The notes beneath the pieces were generated by a model, which did no database searches, had not been told where the DNA came from, and saw only the letters and a list, made by a program, of their open reading frames with translations. From an uncultured Clostridia bacterium (GTDB lineage: Bacteria; Bacillota; Clostridia; TANB77; CAG-508): DNA of 64,000 nucleotides. The stretch lies in NCBI GenBank assembly GCA_934130085.1, contig CAKOXK010000001.1, positions 7,288 through 71,287 on the forward strand. Direction: 5' to 3'. A program made the position numbers and the translations under genes. Numbering within the stretch: position 1 is the first letter of the stretch; each line of letters begins with the position of its first letter. Positions 40,802-50,337 of the stretch are shown here, one piece after another.

Positions 40802-42235
40802 ATGAAAATTGAGGATTTTGAAAGGGCGGAAACAAGCAATATTGATTTTAAGGAAGCACTAGAAGAAAAGAAGCCTAAAAGCTGGTTAAAATCAGTATCC
40901 GCATTTGCAAATACAAAAGGTGGAGTTATATTATTTGGAATAAATGACTCTACACATGAAATTGTTGGAATAAGTGATATTAAACATGTTGCAGAAAAAA
41001 TCACGGAACTAATTAATGATAGAATAAATCCATTACCTAGATATGAAATTAATACATTTATTGAAGAAGGAAAAGATGTTCTAGAACTAAAGATAGGTGA
41101 TGGTCCATCAACACCTTACTACTATCTTGGAGATGGAAGAAAGGAAGCATATATAAGGTCTGGAAATCAAAGCATAATTGCACCTGAACACATGTTAAAT
41201 AATTTGATTATAAAAGGTAAAAACTTGACATTTGATGCATTAACAACGAAATATAAAATTAGTGATTTCAGCTTTACACTCCTTAGTGCAACAATGAAAG
41301 AAAGAACTGGAAATGCATTTGATGAAAGCAAGGACTTCTTGTCTCTTAAACTTGCAAACAAGGAAGGAAATTTGACTAATGCAGGTGTGTTACTAAGTGA
41401 CCAGGGAGATCTTAAACAATCAAAAATAGTATGCACAAAATGGAGAGGCCTTTCAAAGGGAATAATTACAGAAGATGCAGAGGACGACAAAGAATATACC
41501 GGAAGCATTATATCATTATTAGAAAACGCAATACTATTTATAAAGAACAATTCAAAAAAATCTTGGAAAATTGTTGGGATGGATAGAATAGAACAGGAAG
41601 ATTACCCAGAGACAGCCTGCAGGGAGGCTATAGTAAATGCGATTATACATAGAGATTATCAAATATTTGGTTCTGAGATACATGTGGATATGTTCGACGA
41701 TAGACTTGAAATAACTTCACCAGGGGGAATGTTTGATGGTAGTTTAGTACAAAACTTGGAGATAAAAAATATTCCTTCTATGAGACGTAATATTATAATA
41801 GCAGATGTATTCAGCAGGCTACATTATATGGAGCGTAGAGGAAGTGGACTAAGCAGAATAATTGAGAGCTACAATAATTTTGAAAAGAAACCTAAATTTA
41901 TTTCTGATTCATTATCATTTACGGTAATTTTCCCTAACAAGGGTTATAACAAGGAAAAAATAGTGGAACAAGAAAATAAAAACGTAATATCAGATGAAGA
42001 ACTTTTCTTGCTAAGACTTTACAAAAGTATGGAAAATGCACAAATAAGGAATAGTACTATCAATCAAGCTAGAGAGATTTTTAAAGAAATAGGATATCAG
42101 AAGGAATTTACAAGGGAGGACGTAAAAAAAATATTAAAAATAAAAGATACAAGAACTACTAATTTGATAGCTTTATTGATTGAAATGAAGCTTGTTGAGA
42201 GGACAGGTAATTCAAAGTATAAATTTATAAAATAG
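40802..42235 (+). CDS. AlbA_2 (Schlafen-like divergent AAA) + HATPase_c_4 domain protein (commonly annotated as 'ATP-dependent DNA helicase RecG C-terminal-like / putative transcriptional regulator')
   Basis: Track ORF 40790..42235. Likely start MKIEDFE at 40802 after RBS GGAGGT. N-terminus ETSNIDFKEA...SVSAFANTKGGVILFGI is typical of the AlbA_2 domain. C-terminal region fits the HATPase_c_4-like family. Confidence 0.65.
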   Translation: MKIEDFERAETSNIDFKEALEEKKPKSWLKSVSAFANTKGGVILFGINDSTHEIVGISDIKHVAEKITELINDRINPLPRYEINTFIEEGKDVLELKIGDGPSTPYYYLGDGRKEAYIRSGNQSIIAPEHMLNNLIIKGKNLTFDALTTKYKISDFSFTLLSATMKERTGNAFDESKDFLSLKLANKEGNLTNAGVLLSDQGDLKQSKIVCTKWRGLSKGIITEDAEDDKEYTGSIISLLENAILFIKNNSKKSWKIVGMDRIEQEDYPETACREAIVNAIIHRDYQIFGSEIHVDMFDDRLEITSPGGMFDGSLVQNLEIKNIPSMRRNIIIADVFSRLHYMERRGSGLSRIIESYNNFEKKPKFISDSLSFTVIFPNKGYNKEKIVEQENKNVISDEELFLLRLYKSMENAQIRNSTINQAREIFKEIGYQKEFTREDVKKILKIKDTRTTNLIALLIEMKLVERTGNSKYKFIK

Positions 42236-42504
42236 TATTATTAGTGAAAAATAAAACTAAAAATAAACACCATGATCATATAATGTACTGAACCCAAATT
42301 ATTAGACAAAAAAGTTTAATAAGGAGGGTTCACTTCATTCCTATTGGGCGCGTTTTTATAAAACGTATGACAACTTAAATGGAAAACTAACATGCTATAT
42401 AAATGCAGGTATACAACTTGCGAAACCAGGAGGAGCAGTTAATAGACAATCATCTACAAATGTGAAAGTTCATGTATACTTTATCTCAAATGAAATTCAA
42501 TAAC

Positions 42505-42545
42505 TAATACCCCTTAATCATTTAATGATTGAGGGGTATTAATTA
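42505..42545 (+). terminator. Rho-independent terminator (aataccccttaatca-tttaa-tgattgaggggtatt) in the long intergenic region
   Basis: 15-bp stem with one G.U wobble, followed by an AT-rich tail. Confidence 0.55.
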
Positions 42546-42856
42546 TATAAAAGTTCTTGAAAATGTGTAAATATAGCCAAAAAGTCCTCCGAGAAATGTG
42601 TAAGGATTGCATTATACATAGCATGATAAACTTCTTGTTATTCACAAAACCTATTTTAACCCCTTGAATTCTTGCTAAAAAACTGATATATTATAGGTAA
42701 TTTTTTAAACGTAAATTGATAAAATCAAAATATTAAAACAACTACCTAAACAAAAATAAACATCAAAACAGAAAAAACAAAAAATATCAAATATTAAAGA
42801 AAGGATTAATCAATTAATAGAGCATTCATTCTATACATTGATTATAATGAACTTAA

Positions 42857-44386
42857 ATGAGTAAAGGAAAGCGTTATGATGGTGATCAAAAACTAAACAT
42901 TAAAAAGGTAATTGTAGTAGCAATTGTAATTATATTAATTGTAATAGCAATTGTATCAATCATAAAATTACCTAAATCTTCATCAAGTAAATCGAATGAT
43001 AAAAGAACAATCACAAACTCATACATTTCAGTCTATTCAAATGGAAAATGGGGAGTTATAAACTCTAAGGGTGATATTATAATAGAGCCAACGTATGATG
43101 AGATGATAACAATACCTGACCCAACAAAAGAAATATTTATTTGCCAAGAGAATGTTGACCTTAATAATAAAACATTTACATCAAAGGCAATAGATGATAA
43201 GCAAAATACATTATTTACTTCGTATGATGAGGTAGAGGTGCTACAAAATGTATTAAGTGATGGGAGCATATATTATCAAACAAACACCTTGAAAGTAAAA
43301 AAAGGCGATTTATATGGATTAATTAATTTCAAAGGAAAAGAACTCTTACCTTGTGAATACACATCAATAGAGCCTCTTCAAAACGTAAAAAACAGCTTTA
43401 TAACAGTAAAAAACAAGCTTAAAGGTTTGGTAGATGATAGTGGCAACATCATAATTGAAAATAAGTATGCAGATATTCAAAGTTTAACTGATAAATACGA
43501 GGATGGATATGTTGTTAAAAATGATAGTAGTAAATATGGTTTAATAAATTACAACAAAAAACAAATACTAGAGTGCAAATATAGTGATATTTCTCATGTT
43601 ACTGGAAGCAATATCTATATAGTAAAAGAAGATGACAAAATAGAAGCTGTAAACAATAAAGGAGAGGTTATTTTAACAGATTCATTTGATAAGGTTGAAA
43701 GCATTGAAAACAGCGACTTAGTTATAAAAAGAGGTAATAAATTTGGTTTAATAGATAGCACCGGAAAAGAACTAATTGCACCAGAATACCAAGATTTAAA
43801 ATATGCTTTTGATGATAATTACATAGCTAAAAAAGATGATAAATACGGAATAATTTCAAAAGATGCGACAGAAAAAGTACAATTTAAATATGATAAAATT
43901 ACATATTTATCAGAAGAAGGATTCTTCAGAGCAGAAAATAGTGATGGAAAAAGTGATTTAATTGATATGAACTTAAATGTAAAAGCAACAGGAATTGTAT
44001 CAGAAATCAGTGCAACTAACGGCTTCATTAAGCTAAGAACAAATGGAGAATACAAATATTATAACTTTAAATTAGAAGAAAAAACAATGCAAGACTTGTA
44101 TCCAGCAAACACCTTATTTATATCTAAAAAGAATGGAAAGTACGGTTTTGTAAACAAGCAAGGCCAAGTCATAGTTGATTATAAATATGATGATGCCACA
44201 GAGCAAAATTCTTATGGATATGCTGCAGTAAAAAAGGACGGAAAATGGGGTACAATTGACATTGATGGCAATGAAGTAGTTTCACCTAAATACTATTTAT
44301 TGCAAAACACAGTAGTAAGCTTTATTGGAAAATGGCATTTAGCTGCAGATATAAACGCAAACTATTACACAGATGTGGAAGAATAA
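42857..44386 (+). CDS. Membrane-anchored WG-repeat (KWG-like) beta-propeller-type repeat protein
   Basis: 509 aa. N-terminal TM segment. Many repeats of the ...KYG(L/F)I(N/D)..G..(I/V)..P.Y form (KWGVINSKGDIIIEPTYDE, LYGLINFKGKELLPCEY, KYGLINYNKKQILECKY, KFGLIDSTGKELIAPEY, KYGFVNKQGQVIVDYKY, KWGTIDIDGNEVVSPKY). Confidence 0.7.
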   Translation: MSKGKRYDGDQKLNIKKVIVVAIVIILIVIAIVSIIKLPKSSSSKSNDKRTITNSYISVYSNGKWGVINSKGDIIIEPTYDEMITIPDPTKEIFICQENVDLNNKTFTSKAIDDKQNTLFTSYDEVEVLQNVLSDGSIYYQTNTLKVKKGDLYGLINFKGKELLPCEYTSIEPLQNVKNSFITVKNKLKGLVDDSGNIIIENKYADIQSLTDKYEDGYVVKNDSSKYGLINYNKKQILECKYSDISHVTGSNIYIVKEDDKIEAVNNKGEVILTDSFDKVESIENSDLVIKRGNKFGLIDSTGKELIAPEYQDLKYAFDDNYIAKKDDKYGIISKDATEKVQFKYDKITYLSEEGFFRAENSDGKSDLIDMNLNVKATGIVSEISATNGFIKLRTNGEYKYYNFKLEEKTMQDLYPANTLFISKKNGKYGFVNKQGQVIVDYKYDDATEQNSYGYAAVKKDGKWGTIDIDGNEVVSPKYYLLQNTVVSFIGKWHLAADINANYYTDVEE

Positions 44387-44564
44387 AAAAATATAAACGT
44401 ATAGATGAAATTAATACATTAATAAGGATGTAGTGTATTATAATAAACAACTAAATGTATAAAACAACAATTAAATAATTATTAAAACAGTCAGAAAAAT
44501 TAAAGAAAAAACAACAATACGTGAGACAATTTATTAAAGAACATAAGAGAAAAGAGGATTAAAA

Positions 44565-45359
44565 ATGAAAACAAAAAAAGTATATCCATATTTAATGGAA
44601 TCAAGTAGAATGCAAGGTTATTATGAAATGCTACTTGATTATGGATACAAAGTAAAATTATTTGATAAAAAGAAACAAAAGGTAATTTATGATATTTTAT
44701 TACCAGAGATAAGAAACTATATGTTCTGGACATTTAACCTTGTAAAACGAGATGATTTCTTATTAATGACTAATGATTTGAAGGCAGGAGTATGCACTGC
44801 ATACCAATGCAATATATTTGAGAAAGACAAAACTATAGTTGTATGTTTTTATACAGGGATTTGTTTTGCTTATTCAGATGATGAAGAAGAAGTAAAGAGC
44901 TTAAAGGAATACAGTGAAAGAAGGGAAATGCAAGTTATAAATCTTAGAGATGACAAGGCTTATGAGATCCCAGAAATATTAAAAACGGAAGATTATAAAG
45001 AAGTTAACCCATACATATATATACTAGAATTATACAAACAGATTTATCTTGAAAAATTATCAAAAGCCATTCAAGTACCACAAAAATTTGATGCTGTAAG
45101 AAACGCATTTGTTGAATTTACACAATCTGTATTTAATGTTCAAATAACGGACGATTTAAAACTGAAAAAGATAATAGAAGATTTACAAGAATATCTTGAT
45201 ATAAACAAAAAATTTATACAACTAGAAAATGAATTTGATTTATTATACAAAAATAATCAAATGAATGATAAAAGAGACACTCAAAGAATATTTATAATAT
45301 TCTTTATAATCTTCATCATAATTGGAATGTTCAATCTATGGAACCAAATACTTTACTAG
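44565..45359 (+). CDS. Hypothetical protein with C-terminal TM segment (264 aa)
   Basis: Clean ORF with RBS AAAGAGGATTAAAA. No recognized family. Confidence 0.5.
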   Translation: MKTKKVYPYLMESSRMQGYYEMLLDYGYKVKLFDKKKQKVIYDILLPEIRNYMFWTFNLVKRDDFLLMTNDLKAGVCTAYQCNIFEKDKTIVVCFYTGICFAYSDDEEEVKSLKEYSERREMQVINLRDDKAYEIPEILKTEDYKEVNPYIYILELYKQIYLEKLSKAIQVPQKFDAVRNAFVEFTQSVFNVQITDDLKLKKIIEDLQEYLDINKKFIQLENEFDLLYKNNQMNDKRDTQRIFIIFFIIFIIIGMFNLWNQILY

Positions 45360-45479
45360 AAGATAAATTATTAAAATGATAGATAATAAATTACAAATCA
45401 TAAAGCAAAAATTGTAGATTATAAATTTTAAATTGTAAATTATAAAATTATAAATTTTAAATTTTTAAGGATAGAAAAA

Positions 45480-45848
45480 ATGAAAATATATACAGGATGT
45501 GACATAATAGAAGTTCAAAGAATAAGAGATGCAATATTAATCCCAAACTTTATCTTAAAAGTATATACGGATAAAGAAAAGAAATACTGCGAATCAAAAA
45601 AAGGAGATATGAAATATCAACACTATGCAGCACGCTTTGCTGCAAAAGAGGCGGTATATAAAGCATTATCAGAAATATTAAATGATAAATACCAAATATC
45701 ATATAAAAACATAGAAATTACAAACCTAGAAAGTGGAAGACCTAAAGTAGAAATTATAGGAGTAGACTTAAAGAAAACAGAGATTGACGTGAGCTTATCT
45801 CACCTACAAGAATACGCAATGGCAACATGCGTTGTCAAAGTAGGTTAA
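45480..45848 (+). CDS. acpS: Holo-[acyl-carrier-protein] synthase (4'-phosphopantetheinyl transferase)
   Basis: 122 aa. GCDIIEVQRI (GxDxxE) and FAAKEAVYKAL motifs. Typical length. Confidence 0.85.
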   Translation: MKIYTGCDIIEVQRIRDAILIPNFILKVYTDKEKKYCESKKGDMKYQHYAARFAAKEAVYKALSEILNDKYQISYKNIEITNLESGRPKVEIIGVDLKKTEIDVSLSHLQEYAMATCVVKVG

Positions 45849-45895
45849 AGATACTAATAACTTCCAGAAGATGATGTTTTTAAAAGGAGATACAA

Positions 45896-46693
45896 TTGGA
45901 AATTTTTGAATCACATGCACATTATGATGATGAAAAATTTGAGATGGATAGAGAAGAAGTAATAAAAAGTGCATACAATAGTAGAGTTACTAAAATAATC
46001 TCAGCAGGATATAGTCTAGAGGGCTCGAAAAGAAGCATAGAGCTTTCAGACAAATATCCATTTATATATTCCACTGCCGGTATTTCACCCAATGATATAA
46101 ATGAAAATTATGAACAGGAAATTGATGAAATAGACCAAATTCTGTTCAATATTTTTGGTGAAAAAGGAAAGCCTGCAAAGAAGATAGTTGCTGTTGGAGA
46201 AATAGGGTTAGACTATCATTATGATACAGATAAAGAAAAACAGAAAATTGCTTTTATTAAGCAAATACATATAGCAAACAAATATAACTTACCAATAGTA
46301 ATTCACACAAGAGAAGCAGTTATGGATACAATTCAAATATTGAAAGAGAACCAGGTAAATAGGAGAGGGGTATTCCACTGTTGTCCATTTAATAGAGAAC
46401 TGGTAAAAGAAGCATTGAAGTTAGGCTTTTACATATCATTTTCAGGAACAGTTACATTTAAAAATGCAAAGAATGCGAAAGAAATTGTAAATATGGTTCC
46501 AAATGACAGATTTTTAGTTGAAACTGATAGTCCATATTTAGCCCCAGAACCGGTTAGAGGCACTAGAAACGATTCAAGAAATTTGAAATATATTATTAAT
46601 AAAATATCTGCATTTAGAGGAGAAGAGCCTGAAACAGTAGCAAAACAGGCATATCAAAACACTATGAGATTGTACAAAATCGGTAATGCCTAG
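45896..46693 (+). CDS. tatD: TatD-family metal-dependent deoxyribonuclease (YabD-like)
   Basis: 265 aa. N-terminus FESHAHYDD. HxH/E/H/H/D TatD motifs. Synteny with yabE-like downstream as in B. subtilis yabD-yabE. Confidence 0.85.
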   Translation: MEIFESHAHYDDEKFEMDREEVIKSAYNSRVTKIISAGYSLEGSKRSIELSDKYPFIYSTAGISPNDINENYEQEIDEIDQILFNIFGEKGKPAKKIVAVGEIGLDYHYDTDKEKQKIAFIKQIHIANKYNLPIVIHTREAVMDTIQILKENQVNRRGVFHCCPFNRELVKEALKLGFYISFSGTVTFKNAKNAKEIVNMVPNDRFLVETDSPYLAPEPVRGTRNDSRNLKYIINKISAFRGEEPETVAKQAYQNTMRLYKIGNA

Positions 46694-46773
46694 TAAAATC
46701 AAGGCTTGTGCCAGATTTGACAATGAGGTTCAAATTTGGTATAATAGAGGTGTTGTTACTTAAAGGAGGTTTT

Positions 46774-47724
46774 ATGAGAAAACGAATAAGTAAACAAAAC
46801 AAGCCTGAGAAAGCTACAATCTCACTTAAAAAGATTTTAGCGATTTCAGTAATACTATTTATGCTAATGGGCATGATGGGTGTTATGGCTACAACAAACC
46901 AAGTTAAAAATGTAAAAATTATACTTTCAAGCGGATATGAAATGAATGTAATCACTTCATCAAGCAAAGTATCAGATATACTTAAAGAAAACAATGTAGT
47001 TGTATTAGATGGTGAAACTGTATCACCTTCAGTAGATGATGAGTTAACTGATAATAAAACAATTACAATAACAAAGGGTCAAACACAAAAAGAAGCAGAT
47101 ATAGCTTATATTTCTGAAGATGAAATACTAGAAAGTTATAAATCTATAGTAGAAAAAGTAGTTACAGTTGAAGAAGAAATTCCATTTGAAACAGTTACAA
47201 AAGATGTTTCAGATGGTGGAGATACACAAGAAAGAGTTATTCAAGCGGGCGAAAACGGCATAAAAGAAGTAACATATCGTATTAAATATCAAAACGGTAA
47301 CGAGATTGAAAAAGAAAAGATATCTGAAAACATAACAAAAGAACCAGTTGATAAAATAGTAGAGGTTAGAACAAAAGTAGTATCATCAAGATCTTCTGGA
47401 GTTAGAGCAGTATCAGGATCAGTTGCAGAATATCAAAAATACGCAGAATCAAGATGTAAAGCGTATGGTTGGTCAGATTATGATTTTGAATGCTTAGTTA
47501 AATTGTGGAATAAAGAAAGTGGCTGGAATGTTACTGCATATAATAGAAGCTCGGGAGCTTATGGTATTCCACAAGCATTACCAGGTAAAAAAATGGCATC
47601 ATCAGGTTCAGACTACTTAACGAACTACAAAACGCAAATTAACTGGGGCTTAAACTATATATCAGGAAGATATGGTTCACCATCTAAAGCATGGAATGCT
47701 TCACAAAGAAAAGGATGGTATTAA
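46774..47724 (+). CDS. yabE: YabE/RpfB-like secreted protein (TM anchor, DUF348/G5-like repeats, C-terminal lysozyme/transglycosylase-like domain)
   Basis: Track ORF 46708..47724. Start at ATG 46774 after RBS AAGGAGG. N-terminal TM. C-terminus ...LWNKESGWNVTAYNRSSGAYGIPQALPGKKMASSGSDY... resembles Firmicute lysozyme-like/Apf-type domains. Position after tatD matches B. subtilis yabE. Confidence 0.6.
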   Translation: MRKRISKQNKPEKATISLKKILAISVILFMLMGMMGVMATTNQVKNVKIILSSGYEMNVITSSSKVSDILKENNVVVLDGETVSPSVDDELTDNKTITITKGQTQKEADIAYISEDEILESYKSIVEKVVTVEEEIPFETVTKDVSDGGDTQERVIQAGENGIKEVTYRIKYQNGNEIEKEKISENITKEPVDKIVEVRTKVVSSRSSGVRAVSGSVAEYQKYAESRCKAYGWSDYDFECLVKLWNKESGWNVTAYNRSSGAYGIPQALPGKKMASSGSDYLTNYKTQINWGLNYISGRYGSPSKAWNASQRKGWY

Positions 47725-47794
47725 AAATAAATGCAGAATTTGCAAAAAAATAACTGCTAAAGAATGTGTAAAAAGAAGTAAAATCTTTTAGCTT

Positions 47795-47850
47795 ATAAAT
47801 GTTATTTACATTAAGTAAGCTGAAAGATTTTACTTTTTTATTATTTGCTT
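47795..47850 (+). terminator. Rho-independent terminator after the yabE-like gene
   Basis: gtaaaatcttttagcttat...ataagctgaaagattttac long stem followed by a T-run. Confidence 0.6.
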
Positions 47851-47877
47851 TATTTGTGCTCATAAAAAATATAAAAA

Positions 47878-48125
47878 AACATCACCAAAATGTGATAAAA
47901 GCCTCTAGATATATTCAAAAATGTGACAAATACGTCTAAAATGCTTACAAAAGTGTGATAAAGACGTTTAAAAATGTTTACAAAAGTGTGATAAAGGCAC
48001 TTGAAAATGGTTACAAAAATGTGATAAAAGTATTTGAAAACACTTGCAAAAGTGTGATGAAAGTATTTAAAAATACCTGCAAAAGTGTGATAAAAGTGTT
48101 CAAAAACACTTGCAAAAATGTGATA
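47878..48125 (+). repeat. Array of 8 degenerate 33-bp direct repeats each carrying a TGTGA(T/C)AAA core (starts 47891, 47923, 47954, 47987, 48020, 48053, 48086, 48119)
   Basis: Unit aaaaRtgtgataaaRgNNttNaaaaNNcttRc. Periodicity 31-33 bp. Bracketed by terminators at 47795-47850 and 48123-48158. Confidence 0.8.
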
Positions 48126-48158
48126 GCCCCCAACTATAAAAAACTTAATAGTTGGGGG
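48123..48158. terminator. GC-stem hairpin terminator (cccccaactat-aaaaaactta-atagttggggg) between the repeat array and convergent cwlD
   Basis: 11-bp perfect stem. Could terminate both the plus-strand repeat transcript and minus-strand cwlD. Confidence 0.65.
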
Positions 48159-48268
48159 TAATTCTAGTATGAATTTATTTTTTTATTTAAGTACTATTTT
48201 TAGGATTACTATCAGTTTTGAATTACTTCTAGTTTAGGCTTATTATCAAGTTTGGCTTATTTCAAAAG

Positions 48269-48979
48269 TCAGCTGATTTCTTTAAAATAATCAAGTATTC
48301 CATTATAAATTCCCCAGGCAAGTTTGCTTTGATATTCATCAGTTTGAAGCTGTTTTGCTTCTTTTTTGTTTGATAAAAATCCACATTCAACAAGTGTGAT
48401 TGGAATTTCAACATGCTTCATTAAGTAAATACTGTTAATTTTCAAAGGGACTCTTTTATTTTCAGAAGAGATTGTATCATTTAAATTATTTTGAATAAAT
48501 GTAGCAGCTTTTTTAGAATAATCATCACCCTCTTTGAAAAAGGTTTGCCATCCATGATACTTTTCTTCATCAATCTTGTTGAGATGAATAGAAACAAAGA
48601 GATCAGCAGAAGATGAATTTGCAATTTTAACTCTATTCTTTATATCTGAAACTTTTTTTTCAGAAATAGTCTTGGCATCAAGCTCATAAATCCCATTTTC
48701 ATCTGAACGTGTAAGAAGCACGGTAGCAAAATTTGCTTCAAGTAATTTTTGAAGCTTTAAAGCAATATCAAGATTTGCTTTTTCTTCAGAAAAACCATCG
48801 CTATTTATAGCTCCCTTATCCGGAATACCGTGACCTGCATCAATAACAATAACTTTATTGGTAACACTCTGTGCTACAACTGGAACATATTCAAAATTTG
48901 TTTTTCTATAACCGTTATAAAATGAAGCAAAAGCTACAACAAACGTAAGTAATGACATGCAAATTAAAATTTTCTTCAT
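48269..48979 (-). CDS. cwlD: N-acetylmuramoyl-L-alanine amidase, Amidase_3 family, CwlD-like (spore cortex muramic-lactam formation)
   Basis: 236 aa. Signal/TM N-terminus. VIDAGHG...ADLFVSIH Amidase_3 motifs. Size typical of CwlD. Confidence 0.75.
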   Translation of the reverse strand: MKKILICMSLLTFVVAFASFYNGYRKTNFEYVPVVAQSVTNKVIVIDAGHGIPDKGAINSDGFSEEKANLDIALKLQKLLEANFATVLLTRSDENGIYELDAKTISEKKVSDIKNRVKIANSSSADLFVSIHLNKIDEEKYHGWQTFFKEGDDYSKKAATFIQNNLNDTISSENKRVPLKINSIYLMKHVEIPITLVECGFLSNKKEAKQLQTDEYQSKLAWGIYNGILDYFKEIS

Positions 48980-49025
48980 AAAAAACTCCTTTTCTAAATT
49001 CTATTAGAAAAGGAAATTTTTATGA

Positions 49026-50147
49026 TTATTTTAATTTTCGTTCTTCTTCTTTGTTATCAATGTAATCATTTATCATTAATTTTACAAGAACAGCAGCAGG
49101 TACTGCAACAAACATACCGATTATTCCAAAGTATGCTCCAATTAGTGTAACTGAGAAGATTACAAGTAATGGACTAACATTTAATCTTGACCCTGTAATT
49201 CTTGGGTTAATGATGTTTGCATCAATTTGTTGTAAAATTATAATAACAATAAGCATAATTATTGCTTGTCTCCAGCCACCTGTAAGAATTGTAATAATTG
49301 TTGCGACTGCAACACCAGCAATTGCACCAAAGTATGGAATAAGATTAAATATACCAATTAAAAATCCAAGGAGTACAGCATATTTAACTTTCATAATAGA
49401 AAGCGCAATGCTCATCATAATAGCTACTACAAAGCCATCAATTACTTGGCTAGATATAAACCTAAAGAAAATTTGATTTCCTTCAGTAAAATATTTATCA
49501 AATTTTAAATAACCTTTTTCACTCATTATAGCTTTAGCAAGTCTCTTTATAAATGATGTTATGTTTTCATGTTCCGCTAAAATATAGACAGAACATATAA
49601 ATGCGATGAATACATTAAGTAATCCTTTTATAATTCCAACAGCTGATACAATATACTCTTGTAATCTTTCAAATGTTAGCAAAGATTGAAAATCAATTTT
49701 TTGAATATAATCTACAATAGGCTTTAAAATATTATCCTTAACAAAAGGTGCCCAAGATGCTTCAATCTCATTTGTAGTAATTGCATTATAGTAGTTTTGC
49801 GCATTATTTACTAAATCAATTATACTATTTACAATAGCAGGTATAATAAACTTAAACATTAAAAATATAAGAATACCAAGCAAAATATAAACAATAGTAA
49901 TACTTAAACCTCTTGTGTGTTTTAGATTTTTCTTTTTAAAAAAACTTTCAATTTTTTTACATGGAATATAAAGCACGTATGAGATTAAAACTGCAACCAA
50001 GAAAGGTGCTAGTATTCCGAAAAGATTCGCAATCCACTGACCAATTCCTGTAAAATTATCTAGAAATTTATAAACCATAATTAGAAAAACACCTAGTGAA
50101 GCATAAAAGAACCACCTACCTGTAGCCATAATTTTTTCTTTTTTCAT
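49026..50147 (-). CDS. AI-2E family transporter (UPF0118/PerM-like)
   Basis: 373 aa, about 8 TM segments, layout of the AI-2E family. Confidence 0.75.
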   Translation of the reverse strand: MKKEKIMATGRWFFYASLGVFLIMVYKFLDNFTGIGQWIANLFGILAPFLVAVLISYVLYIPCKKIESFFKKKNLKHTRGLSITIVYILLGILIFLMFKFIIPAIVNSIIDLVNNAQNYYNAITTNEIEASWAPFVKDNILKPIVDYIQKIDFQSLLTFERLQEYIVSAVGIIKGLLNVFIAFICSVYILAEHENITSFIKRLAKAIMSEKGYLKFDKYFTEGNQIFFRFISSQVIDGFVVAIMMSIALSIMKVKYAVLLGFLIGIFNLIPYFGAIAGVAVATIITILTGGWRQAIIMLIVIIILQQIDANIINPRITGSRLNVSPLLVIFSVTLIGAYFGIIGMFVAVPAAVLVKLMINDYIDNKEEERKLK

Positions 50148-50337
50148 TAATTATTTTGTATGTAAAACATACTCTCCTTTCTGCAAAATATATTGATTAT
50201 GTTGATAGAACATTTATGTATCAACATTCTATTTTTTACTTTTTATTGTATCAATAATAAATTTATAATAACGTGTATAATACATACTTATATGTATAAC
50301 TTATATTATAGCTTATATATTAAAATTAAAAACAAAT

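Noticed and set aside
47955-48161. 68-aa ORF (MIKTFKNVYKSVIKAL...) in the ORF track
   Set aside because: It lies entirely within the 33-bp repeat array, starts with GTG without an RBS, and its 11-aa periodic 'protein repeats' simply mirror the DNA periodicity. More likely noncoding.
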